A DNA stretch of 64,000 nucleotides from Leucoraja erinacea (lineage: Eukaryota): NCBI RefSeq assembly GCF_028641065.1, contig NC_073384.1:32674001-32738000 (forward strand). Reading direction: 5' to 3'. Positions 35,801-47,800 of this stretch are shown here, piece by piece. The notes below the pieces were generated by a model. It was not told the origin of the DNA, made no database searches, and saw only the letters and a program-made list of their open reading frames with translations. The position numbers and the translations under genes were made by a program. How positions within the stretch are numbered: position 1 is the stretch's first letter; every line of letters starts with the position of its first letter.

Positions 35801-38800
35801 CAATGGCTCCCGTGAACCTCCCCCTGTTGACTTGGGTCCCTTGGCACTGTATGTGAAGCTAATAGTTTTAAACTTGGGTTTTAAGATGGACATTGATTTT
35901 AAATTAGATCGTCAAATAGGCGCGGTAGTTAAGTCCAGCTTCTTCATTTAAGGCAGCTGGCAAAGGTGAAGCCCATTCTTGAACGACAGCATTTTGAAAC
36001 AGTAATCCATGCCTTCATCACGTCTTGGCTGGATTACTGTAACGCACTTTATTTTGGAGTTAGCCAATCTTCCCTTGCACGTCTCCAGTTGGTTCAGAAT
36101 GCTGCTGCTCGCCTTTTAACTGGAACACGTAAGAGGGAGCACATAACGCCTATTCTGGCCTCCCTCCACTGGCTGCCTGTGTACTTTAGAGTTCATTTTA
36201 AGATTCTTTTATTTGTTTTTAAATCTTTAAATGGTCTCGCCCCGCCATACCTCTCTGAGCTGCTTCATCCCTACGCTCCTGCTTGGTGCCTCGGGTCAGC
36301 TGATCAGATGCTCCTGGAGGTACCGAGGTCTAAGCGGAAGCTCAGAGGTGATAGAGCCTTCTCTGTTGCTGCTCCAACATTATGGAACACTCTACCTTTG
36401 CACATTAGACAGGCCCCTTCACTGTCCATTTTCAAAACTAATCTTAAAACCCTTTTCTATTCCTTGGCTTTCGACCCTGCATGAGACTTTGCTCCTGTTT
36501 TAGTGTTTCTATTGTTTTTTATTGTTTTTACTGTCTTTTAATGTTTTTATTGTTTTGTTTTATATTTATGATTAGTCATGTACAGCACTTTGTTGCAACA
36601 GTGGTTGTTTTTAAAGTGCTCTATAAATAAAGTTCAGTTCAGTTCAGTTATGTTTGGCTCCAGATTCCAGTGTCTGCAGTTCCTTGTGTCCCTCTGTACA
36701 TTAATTATTTCTCTGCGGCAATTGCTGTCTCTTTCCATAGGACAACTCTTCCAAGTCCAGGCCTGACCTGCTGCTGTTGCTCTTTCAGCCAGTTCATCGC
36801 ATCCAGGAATATATTCTGCTTCTCCAGGTAAATTCTTTGGTATCACAAGGAGTCAGAGCTGTACAGCATGTAAACCTTCAGTCCACCCTGTCCACGCCGA
36901 CCACCTTAGCATACTGGACCAGTCCCATTTGCCTACATTTGGCCCATATCCCGCTAAACCCTTCCTATCCATATATCTGTCCAAATGTTTTTTAAAAGTC
37001 ATAATTAAATCCGTTTCTATAGCTTTGAGAGGGAATCTTATTAATATAATAACCATATAACAATTACAGCACGGAAACAGGCCATCTCGGCCCTACAAGT
37101 CCATGCTGAACAAATTTTTTTCCCCTTAGTCCCACCTGCCTGCAGTCGTACCATAACCCTCCATTCCCTTCTCATCCATATGCCTATCCAATTTATTTTT
37201 AAATGATACCAATGAACCTGCCTCCACCACTTCCACTGGGAGCTCATTCCACACCGCCACCACTCTCTGCGTAAAGAAGTTCCCCCTCATATTACCCCTA
37301 AACTTCTGTCCCTTAATTCTGAAGTCATGTCCCCTTGTTTGAATCTTCCCTATTCTCAAAGGGAAAAGCTTGTCCACATCAACTCTGTCTATCCCTCTCA
37401 TCATTTTAAAGACCTCTATCAGGTCCCCCCTTAACCTTCTGCGCTCCAGAGAATAAAGACCTAACTTATTCAACCTATCTCTGTAACTTAGTTGTTGAAA
37501 CCCAGGCAACATTCTAGTAAATCTCCTCTGTACTCTCTCTATTTTGTTGACATCCTTCCTATAATTTGGCGACCAAAATTGTACCCCATACTCCAGATTT
37601 GGTCTCACCAATGCCTTGTACAATTTTAACATTACATCCCAGCTTCTATACTCAATGCTCCGATTTATAAAGGCTAGCATACCAAAAGCTTTCTTTACCA
37701 CCCTATCTATATGAGATTCCACCTTCAAGGAACTATGCACGGTTATACCCAGATCCCTCTGTTCAACTGTATTCTTCAATTCCCTACCATTTACCATGTA
37801 CGTCCTATTTTGATTTGTCCTGCCAAGGTGTAGCACCTCACATTTATCAGCATTAAACTCCATCTGCCATCTTTCAGCCCATTTTTCCAAATGGCCTAAA
37901 TCACTCTGTAGACTTTGGAAATCCTCTTCATTATCCACAACACCCCTATCTTAGTATCATCTGCATACTTACTAATCCAATTTACCACACCTTCATCCAG
38001 ATCATTGATGTACATGACAAACAACAAAGGACCCAACACAGATCCCTGAGGCACCCCACTAGTCACCTGCCTCCAACCCGATAAACAGCCATCCACCATT
38101 ACCCTCTGGCTTCTCCCATTCAGCCACTGTTGAATCCATCTTGCTATTCCTGCATTTATACCCAACAGTTGAACCTTCTTAACCAACCTTCCATGAGGAA
38201 CGTTGTCAAAGGCCTTACTAAAGTCCATATAGACAACATCCACTGCTTTACCCTCGTCAATTTCCCTAGTAACCGCTTCAAAAAATTCAAGAAGATTAGT
38301 CAAACATGACCTTCCAGGCACAAATCCATGTTGACTGTTCCTAATCAGACCCTGTTTATGTAGATGCTTATATATATTGTCTCTAAGTATCTTTTCCATT
38401 AATTTGCCCACCACTGAAGTCAAACTAACAGGTCTATAATTGCTAGGTTTACTCTTAGAACCCTTTTTAAACAATGGAACAACATGCGCAGTACGCCAAT
38501 CCTCGGGGACTATTCCCGTTTCTAATGACATTTGAAATATTTCTGTCATAGCCCCGGCTATTTCTACACTAACTTCCCTCAATGTCCTAGGGAATATCCT
38601 GTCAGGACCTGGAGACTTATCCACTTTTATATTTTTCAAAAGTGTCAGTACTTCTTTTACTTTGAACCTCATAGTATCCATAGCTACTCTACTAGTTTCC
38701 CTTACCTCACATAATTCAATATCCTTCTCCTTGGTGAATACCGAAGAAAAAAAAATTGTTCAATACCTCCCTCATCTCTTTTGGCTCTGCAGATAGCTGT

Positions 38801-41800
38801 CCACTCTGTCTCTCCAATGGACCAATTTTATCCCTCGTTATCCTTTTGCTATTAATATAGCTGTAGAAACCCTTTGGATTGACTTTCACCTTACTTGCCA
38901 AAGCAACCTCATATCTTCTTTTAGCTTTTCTAATTTCTTTCTTTTTTAAGATTCTTTTTACATTCCTTATACTCCTCAAGCTCCCTCTTTTTCCGAACAA
39001 GATGTCCAATTTCCCTTGAAAACCAGGGCTCTTTCCAATTTTTACTGTTTCCTTTCAACCGAACAGGAACATAAAGATTCTGTACTCTTAAACTTTCCCC
39101 TTTAAATGTCCTCCATTTCTCTTCTACATCTTTCCCATAAAACAAAATGTCCCAGTTCACTCCTTTTAAATCATCTCGCATCGCATCAAAGTTAGCCTTT
39201 CTCCAATCAAAAATCTCAACCCTAGGTCCAGTTCTGACCCTCTCCATAATTATCTTGAAACTAATGGTATTGTGATCACTGGACCCGAAGTGCTCCCCAA
39301 CGCATACCTCCGCCACCTGTCCCATCTCATTTCCTAACAGGAGGTCCAGCACTGCCCCTCCTCTAGTAGGTACCTCTATGTATTGCTGCAAAAAAAAAAC
39401 TATCCTGCACACATTTTACAAACTCCAACCCATCCAGCCCATTTACAGAATGTGTTTCCCAGTCTATGTGTGGAAAGTTGAAATCTCCCACAATCACTAC
39501 CTTGTGCTTACTACTAATATCTGCTATCTCCTTACATATTTGCTCTTCCAATTCTCGTTCTCCGTTTGGCGGTCTATAATACACCCCTATAAGAGTTGCT
39601 ACACCTTTCCCACTTCTCAATTCCACCCAAATAGCCTCCCTAGATGAGCCCTCCAATCTATCCTGCCAAAGCACTGCTGTAATATCTTCCCTGACTAGCA
39701 ATGCAACACCTCCACCTCTTGCCCCTCCAATTCTATCACACCTGAAGCAGCGAAATCCTGGAATATTTAGTTTCCAATCACAGCCCTCCTGCAACCACGT
39801 TTCACTGATCGCCACAACATCATACTTCCAGGTGTCTATCCAGACTCTAAGCTCATCAACCTTTCTTACAATGCTCCTAGCATTAAAATATGCACATTTA
39901 AGAAAACCCCCGTCTCTTATTCTCTGTTTATTGAAACATAGAAGGATGAGAGGCCATCTTATTTTAGGATGAGAGGGCATCTTATTGAAACATATAAGAT
40001 TATTAAGGGTTTGGACACGCTAGAGGCACGAAATGTTCCCGATGTTGGGGGGAGTCCAGAACCAGGGGCCACAGTTTAAGAATAAGGGGTAAGCCATTTA
40101 GAACGGAGATTAGGAAACACTTTTTCACATAGAGAGTTGTGAGTCTGTGGAATTCTCTGCCTCAGAGGGCGGTGGAGGCCGGTTCTCTGAATACTTTCAA
40201 GAGAGAGCTAGATAGGGCTCTTAAAGATAGTGGAGTCAGGGGATATGGGGAGAAGGCAGGAACGGGGTACTGATTGTGGATGATCAGCCATGATCACATT
40301 GAATGGCGGTGCTGGCTCGAAGGGCCGGATCACCTACTCCTGCACCTATTGTCTATTGTCTTTCTCTGGCAGCTCAATCCAGACACGGACTACACTCTGA
40401 GTGAAAAAGATGCCCCTGAGGTCCCTCTTAAATCTCTCCCCTCTCACTTAAGCCTTTTCCCTCTAGTTTTAGAATCTTCTATCCTGAGAATAAGACTGAT
40501 CATTCACTTTATCCATGCCTCTCCTGATCTTATACACCTCAATAAGGTCACTCAACCCCCTACTCTCCAAAGAAAAACATCCCAGCCTATCCAACTTCTC
40601 GCTATAACTCAAGCCCACAAGCCCAGATAACATCCTGGAGGTGACACAAAGTCTGAAGAAGGGTCCCATCTGTGGTCCCATCAGGCAGCATCTGTGGAGA
40701 ACATGGATAGGTGACATTTCGGATCGGGACCCTTCTTCAGAAAGATGTTGTCAAGCTGGAAAGAGTGCAGAAACAATTTACAAGAATGTTGCCAGGACTG
40801 GAGGGCCTGAGCTATAGGTGGAGAGGTTGGGCAGGCTAGGACTTTATCCTTGGCACACAGGAGGCAGAGGGTTGATCTTATAAGGTGTACACGATCATGA
40901 GAGGAATAGATCGGGTAAACGCAGAGTCTTTTGCCCAGGGTTGGGGAATCAAGAACCAGAGGACTTAAGTTTAAGGTGAGGTGAGAAACATTTAATAGGA
41001 ACGTGAGGGGCAATTTTTTTCTATACAAATGGTGGTGGGTGTATGGAATGAGCTGCCAGAGGAGGTAGTTGAGGCAGATACTATCACAACATTTAAGGGA
41101 CATTTGGACAGGTACATGGAGGGATATGGGCCAAACACAGACAGGTGGGACTAGTGTAAATGGGACATGTTTGTTGGCATGGCCAAGTTGAGTGGAAGGG
41201 CCTGTTTCTATGCTGTATGACTCTACATTACAAGAACCAGTTAGGCAAGTGTGGCTTCCAGGTGCTGACCGAGCAGGAGGTACAACCTTGTCCATCCAAC
41301 CGTTAGCATTATGAGTACCTGTTCAGGGCAGAGGCATAGATGCACACGGCACAGAAACTGGCCCTTCAGCCCAACTCTTCATGCCCCATCTAAGCTCATC
41401 CCACCTGCCTGTGTTTGGTTCATATCCCTCTAAGCTTTTTCTATCCACATACCTGTCCAAATGTCCTTTAACCCTAACTTCAGTCTGCTTCTCTCCTGTT
41501 GGCCAGCTGCCTGTTTTATACCTACTCCCACCCGCATGAATCACCCGCTTAACGTCCCCTCTTCAAACCTCAGGCCAAGACCGTCTACGTACCATGCAAA
41601 GTAGTTGGGACGATGATAATTACCCATATCAATCGCAGAGCTACTTCAATGTTATCTACCGCCAAGTGACACTAAAGGATGTCAGATTTCTTCAAGTTGA
41701 TATAAATGTTTGGAAAGAATCTTTGCTGTTTAATTAAAAAGCTACCTTGATATTGTAGTCAGAGTCATACAGCACGGAAACAGGCCCTTCGATCCAAGTC

Positions 41801-44800
41801 GTCTTTGTCGACCAAGATGCCCCATCTACACGGCTCCAACCTGCTGGCATTTGGCCCGTATCGCTCTAAACCTTTCTTATCCATGTACCTGTCCAAATGT
41901 CTTTTAAATGTCGTTATAGTACCAGCCTCAACTACCCCCTCTGGCAGCTCATTCCATATACCCATATGTGAAAATGTTGCCCCCCAGGTTCCCACTAAAT
42001 CTTTCTCCTATCGCCATAAACCTACGTCCTCCAGTTTTTGATCGTGTTTAATAGATGGAGAGTCTTTCTCTAAGCTGTGTGGAGAGAGTAAGTCATTATC
42101 TCTTTATATTTCTGGTGGAACAGAACGTGCTCAGACACACGGAACCAAAACATCCTGACTGTTACCTGCTGCCTATATGTATCCAGCACTTCAGAATCTT
42201 CCTTTCCCAATGCAGCCATTTACTCCGTTATAACGAAGAGCTGCTCAAACAACGCAGGAAACACACAAACAGGTGAGCAACTCAACCACTAGGATTACTG
42301 TCTGGAGAAGGGTCTGGACCTGAAACATCATCTGTCCATTCCCTCCACAGATGCTGCCTGACCCGCCGGGTTCCTACAGCAGCTTTGCTCCAGAATCTAG
42401 CGTCTGCAGTTCCTTGTGCCACCATTATTACAATGACTGTCTCCTCCTTAGGAGGTCCCCGAGCGTTGGGGGTAATCTGCCTCCTCTCTGGGTTGTGTGG
42501 TGAATGCTGAGGGCACCCCGAGAACAGCAGCCTATTCCACAGACGGTACGGGAGTGGTTGATGGGTGGAGGAGGGTCAGTGTGTGAGGGAACACACTCCT
42601 TCACCATTAAGGTGGTTCCACTGTCAGTTAGACACTCGTCCATGCCGACCAATGACCCCCATCTACCCGCGTTTGGCGCATATCCCTCTAAACCTTTCCT
42701 TATCCATGTATTTGTCCAAGGAAGGACACACAAACCACTGGTGTAACTTAGTGGGTCAAGTACCATCCATGGAGAACATGGATAGATGACATTTCGGGTC
42801 AGGAAATGTCACCTATCCATGTTCTCCAGGGATGCTGCCTGACCCACTGAGCTACTCAGCATTTTGTTTGTCTTGCTGTGGTAAACCAGCATCTGCAGTT
42901 CCTTGTTTGTATATGTACCTGTTCAAGCTGTTATTGTAAATGCCTCAACTAACTCCTCTAGCAGCTTATTACATATACTCACCACTCTCTCTGCGAAAAG
43001 GTTTCTATTAAATCTTTGCACTCTCATCTTAAACCTATGTCCTCTGGTTCTTGTATCCCCCTACCCTGGGTAAATGTTTCTGTGCATTCATCATATCTAT
43101 TTCCCTCATGATCTCCCCTCAAGATAACCCTGCACTCCCCTTTAGCTCAGATCCTTGAGTGCCTGCAACATCCTTCTCTGTACTCTTTCCAACGTCATGG
43201 CATCTATCCTACACAGGGTGACCAAACATGATAGAACACAATAGTGGCATCTGTCCATGTACCTGATCAAATATTCTTTTAAAAGCCGGATTCTGCCTCA
43301 ATTACCTCCTCTGACAGTTGTTCCATTTTCCCACCACCCACTCTGTTTGATTTGGTTCTTAGAATAAGTAATAGGATCAACGCAGTAAAGTAATTAAAGC
43401 CAAGGCTTTTATTTTGATTTGAGGCACAGGATGACGGCGGTCCAACAGACCAAGACGAGAGGCACTGAGCAGATCCAATGTCCGAGGTTGGACGAAACAC
43501 CCAGCAGACACAAAAGACTCGATAAACTTGACCACGGCCTACTGTGCACCAGCGACCTTGGGCTGGAGTACAGATCTCCACCAGCAAAGGTGGCCTCAAA
43601 GACAGAACCTCTGCCCAGGAAAACCAAGGACGAGTTCAATGTGAGCAAGACAAGATCCACCTTCAGTCAACCAGACAAGAGCTCAATCATCACTAATCCA
43701 AAATGCTCCTCAGTGAACTGTGGAAAGAACCTTTCTCCTGACACCCACGATTTAATGTATGGAGCCTCGAGAGGAAAGACAGGATATGAAAGTCCAGTTG
43801 ACCTTGAAGATGCAGAATACATTCACGAAGCCTCGTGTTTAGTCGAGAGCTCGGTCCCATCTTCTAACTCCAGTTTGGACGTACATTTCACAAAAACGTT
43901 GGACTACATTTCTGCCAGCGAGTCGCAAGCCATAGATTACCCATCACAGCTCACGGCCACACACCCTGCCGGCCAAGAAGATCACAACAAGGAGTTCCGG
44001 CTCCACTGCCATGAAGCAAACATTGACCTGCGTGATGTTCCCAAATCCAAGGGCTTTTCCAGTAAAGTTTTCACACCAGCCCCTCGTGACTATCTGAACT
44101 TTCCCGTCTCCTTAATGCTAACCAACTCTGATAGCCCATCTTTGAAAACCAAAGTATTTGACTCATCTCAGATCAGTACATCGAGGATGAAAAACTCCCA
44201 AAAGGAAATCTCTGCCTCATACAAATCCAAAGCTTCAGATGTATGGATGGAATCAGAAAAAGTAATGTACCCATCTTAATTCTCTTATCTAGATAATCCT
44301 GTGGTCTCGAACTCAAAATTCCTAACTAAAGAGGTATGGAGTAAGTCAGCTGTTTCAGACAAGAGTGATGAAGTTGGTGCAAGGTTAAGGTAAAACTCCG
44401 ATTATCTGTTGTCTAATTGTTTGGAAATCCTGATGGCTCGGTCCATAATGTGTCGGTGAGTCATAGAATCTGCTGGGAGTTATAGAGAATGTGGGCGAAT
44501 ATTTACAGGAAACATCAATGGGATGGGATTCATTCATGAACCAGCATAGACTCCAGGGAAGGTACACAAAAATGCTGGAGAAACTGAGCGGGTGCAGCAG
44601 CATCAATGGAGCGAAGGAAATAGGCAACGTTTCGGGCTGAAACCCTACTTCAGTCTGAAGTAGGGTTTCGGCCCGAAACGTTGCCTATTTCCTTCGCTCC
44701 ATTGATGCTGCTGCACCCGCTCAGTTTCTCCAGCATTTTTGTGTACCTTCGATTTTCTAGCATCTGCAGTTCCGTCTTAAACACATAGACTCAAGGGAGT

Positions 44801-47800
44801 TCAATTGTCATGTGTATGGTCAATGGAACAATGAAACTCTTTCTTGCTGCAGTTTTACAGGGCCATAAATGCAATAAGAGACAAGATAAATACAAGATAC
44901 AAAGAATTTATTAGCCAAGTATGTAAGAACATACAAGGAAATGATTTGCCATACAGTCGTACTAAAAAAGCAGCAAGACACACAACTACATAAAAATGAC
45001 ATAAACATCCACCACAGCGCATTGTGATGGAAGGCAATAAAGTATTATCTTCTTCCCTCCTTTTCTCCCACAGATGGGGCAGTTGAACCATCTGCAGTCG
45101 GGGCGGTCGAAGCTCCTGCGGCTTGGAGCTCCCGAAGTCGGTCCCTAACCCCGAGCGCCACGATGTTTAGTCCGCAGGCTCCCGCGGTTTGAGCTCCGGA
45201 AGTCAATTCCCAGCAAGAGCCCGCCAGCTCCTCGATGTTAGGCCGTAGTGCGGATGGAGATACGATACGGAAAAAGTCGCATCTCTATCGAGGAAAGAGA
45301 TTTTAAAAAAGTTTCCCCCACCCCCACTTAATACAAAACTAAAGATACACTAAAACATACATTTAACAACAAACTAAAAAACAAAAGAAGAAAAGGATGA
45401 GACAGACTGTTGGTGAGGCTGCCATCGTACGGCACCACCCACCACTCACAAATACATGTACAATAATCAATTGTACAATAATCAGTAATACTAGGTAAAT
45501 AGACTATTATTGAAACTGAAGTCTGTAGTGCAACCTGAGACACAGTCCATGGACGATCATAGTTGCTGAGGATGGTGTTGTGCAGTGTGCAAGAGCTTGA
45601 TGATTGCCGGGAAGAAGTTGCTCTTGAACCTGGAGGTCACAGTTTTCAGGCTTCTGTACCTTCTTACCGGTGGAAGCAGTGAGATGAGAGTATGACCAGG
45701 GTGGTGTGGGTCTTTGATGATACTGGCTGCCTTTCTGAGACAGCGTCCCCTGTAGATCCCTTCGATGTGGAGGAGGTCAGTACGTGAGATGGACCGGGTA
45801 GTGTCCATCACTCTCAGTAGTCTCCTTCATCACTGGGCATTGGAATTACTGAACCAGCCGGTGATGCAACTAGTCAGCGTGCTCATTACTGTACAACTAT
45901 GGAAGTTTGATAGAGTATTCATTGACATACCAAATCTCCTAAATCTTCTGAGGAAGTAGAGGTATTAATGAGCAAGGGATGAAATGGCCACCTCAAATGT
46001 GCATTTTGTCTAGATATGACTGGCCAAATAGCCTCCTGCAGTGTAAATGTCCACCCATTTAACTTCTCCTGGTGCTGATGAAACTGTTAACTTTGAAGAA
46101 GAGGAGCCAGTATTAAGAATGAAGCTTCTTACCCCTGTGTATATCTGCAAAAGGCAGATATACGCATCTGATGTCCGACACACAAAGATCTCCAAGCTTA
46201 GTTTAGTTTGGAGATATAGCGTGGAAACAGGCCATTTGGCCCACTGAGTCCATGCTGACCATCCATCACCCATTCACTCTAGTTCCATGTTATCCCATTT
46301 TCCCATCCACTCCTTACTTGGGGCAATTTACAGAGGGCAACTAACCTACAAACTTGCACATCTTTGGGATGTGGGAGGAAACCGGTGCACCTGGAGGAAA
46401 CTTAGTCACAGGGAGAGAGCGCAAACTCCACACAGACAGCACCCATAATGAGGATTGAACCTGTGCCTCTGGCGCTGTGAGGAAGCAGCTCTATCAGCTA
46501 TGCCACTGTGACACATATACATTCTCTGGGAAAGATGTGTATTTTTAAAAGAAAACAAAGAGTTCTTTCACTGCGTTTATGAACACCATTAGTAACCTTC
46601 TCCCGCACTTCAAATCAACTGTCAATGCTCAACGCCAATTGGCTCCGTGTCCTGAATTCTCTGAACAATCTCCTGTTTTTACTGGCTGCCAGGTTTCTTG
46701 TTCCCATACGACTATCTTGTGGCAAGCATTACCCATTTATTGTTCCTTCCCAGCCCAAACTCTTTAAAATGGTGAATGCCACTCTTCTCCAATACTGTCA
46801 TACTGTTCTCACCTGCTCCATCTTATGATGCTGGTGACTCCAGTACCCGCATCCTCGGCCTCACGTGCAGGTTGGCTCCAAAAACACTCCAGATTTCAAT
46901 AGAACTGCTGTTCTGGTCATCCCATTACAGGAAGGATGCGGAGGCTTTGGAGAGGATGGTTTTGGGTGGTACAGTGGCGCAGCAGTAGAGTTACTTCTTA
47001 CAGCACCAGAGACCTGGGTTTGATCCTGACTATAGGTACTGTCTGTATGGAGTTTGTACGTGCTTCCTGTGACCTGCGTGCGTTTTTTTCCGGGAAGCTC
47101 TGGTTTCCTCGCACACTCCAAAGACGTACAGGATTATAGGCTAATTGGCTTGGTATATATGTAAATCGTCCTTAGTGTGTGTAGGATAGTGCTAGTGTGC
47201 GGGGATCGCTGGTGGGCAAGGACTCAGTGGGCCGAAGGGCCTGTTTCCGCGCTGTATCTCTCAACTAAACAGATGCAGAAAAGAGGCCTGTATTAGTGGG
47301 TTTTAGCCACGAGGAGCAGTTGGACAGACATTAATTGTTTTCTCCGGAACGTCAGAGGCTAAGGCGAGACCTGATAGAAGTATATTAAATTATGAGAGGC
47401 ATAGATAGGGTAGACAGTCAGAATCTTTTTCCCCGGGGTTGAAATATCAAATACTAGAGGGCATAACTTTAAGATGAGAGGGGCAAAGTTTAAAGGAGAT
47501 GTGCAGGGCAAGTACCTTTACACAGGGTGGTGGGTGCCTGGAACGCACTGTTAGGGGTGGCAGTGGAGACAGATACAATGGTGACATTCAAGAGACTTTT
47601 AGGAATGAAGGAATGTTTCACGTGCAGGCAGATCTGATTAGTTTGCCTTAGCATCATGTTCAACTAACACTGTGAGCCGAAGTTCCCTATTCCTGGGCTG
47701 CACTCTTTATGTTCTAAAACTTACCCTGAGTCCCAGAATGCCCTGGCATCTCCTAGCAATGACCACTGTCGAGTTTTGTATGGTTAATGCCTGTGAAATC

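Noticed and set aside
46040-46195. Extra ARHGEF33 exon ([14 protein letters not shown]..)
   Set aside because: No convincing splice sites or homology, and the flanking exons join in frame without it.
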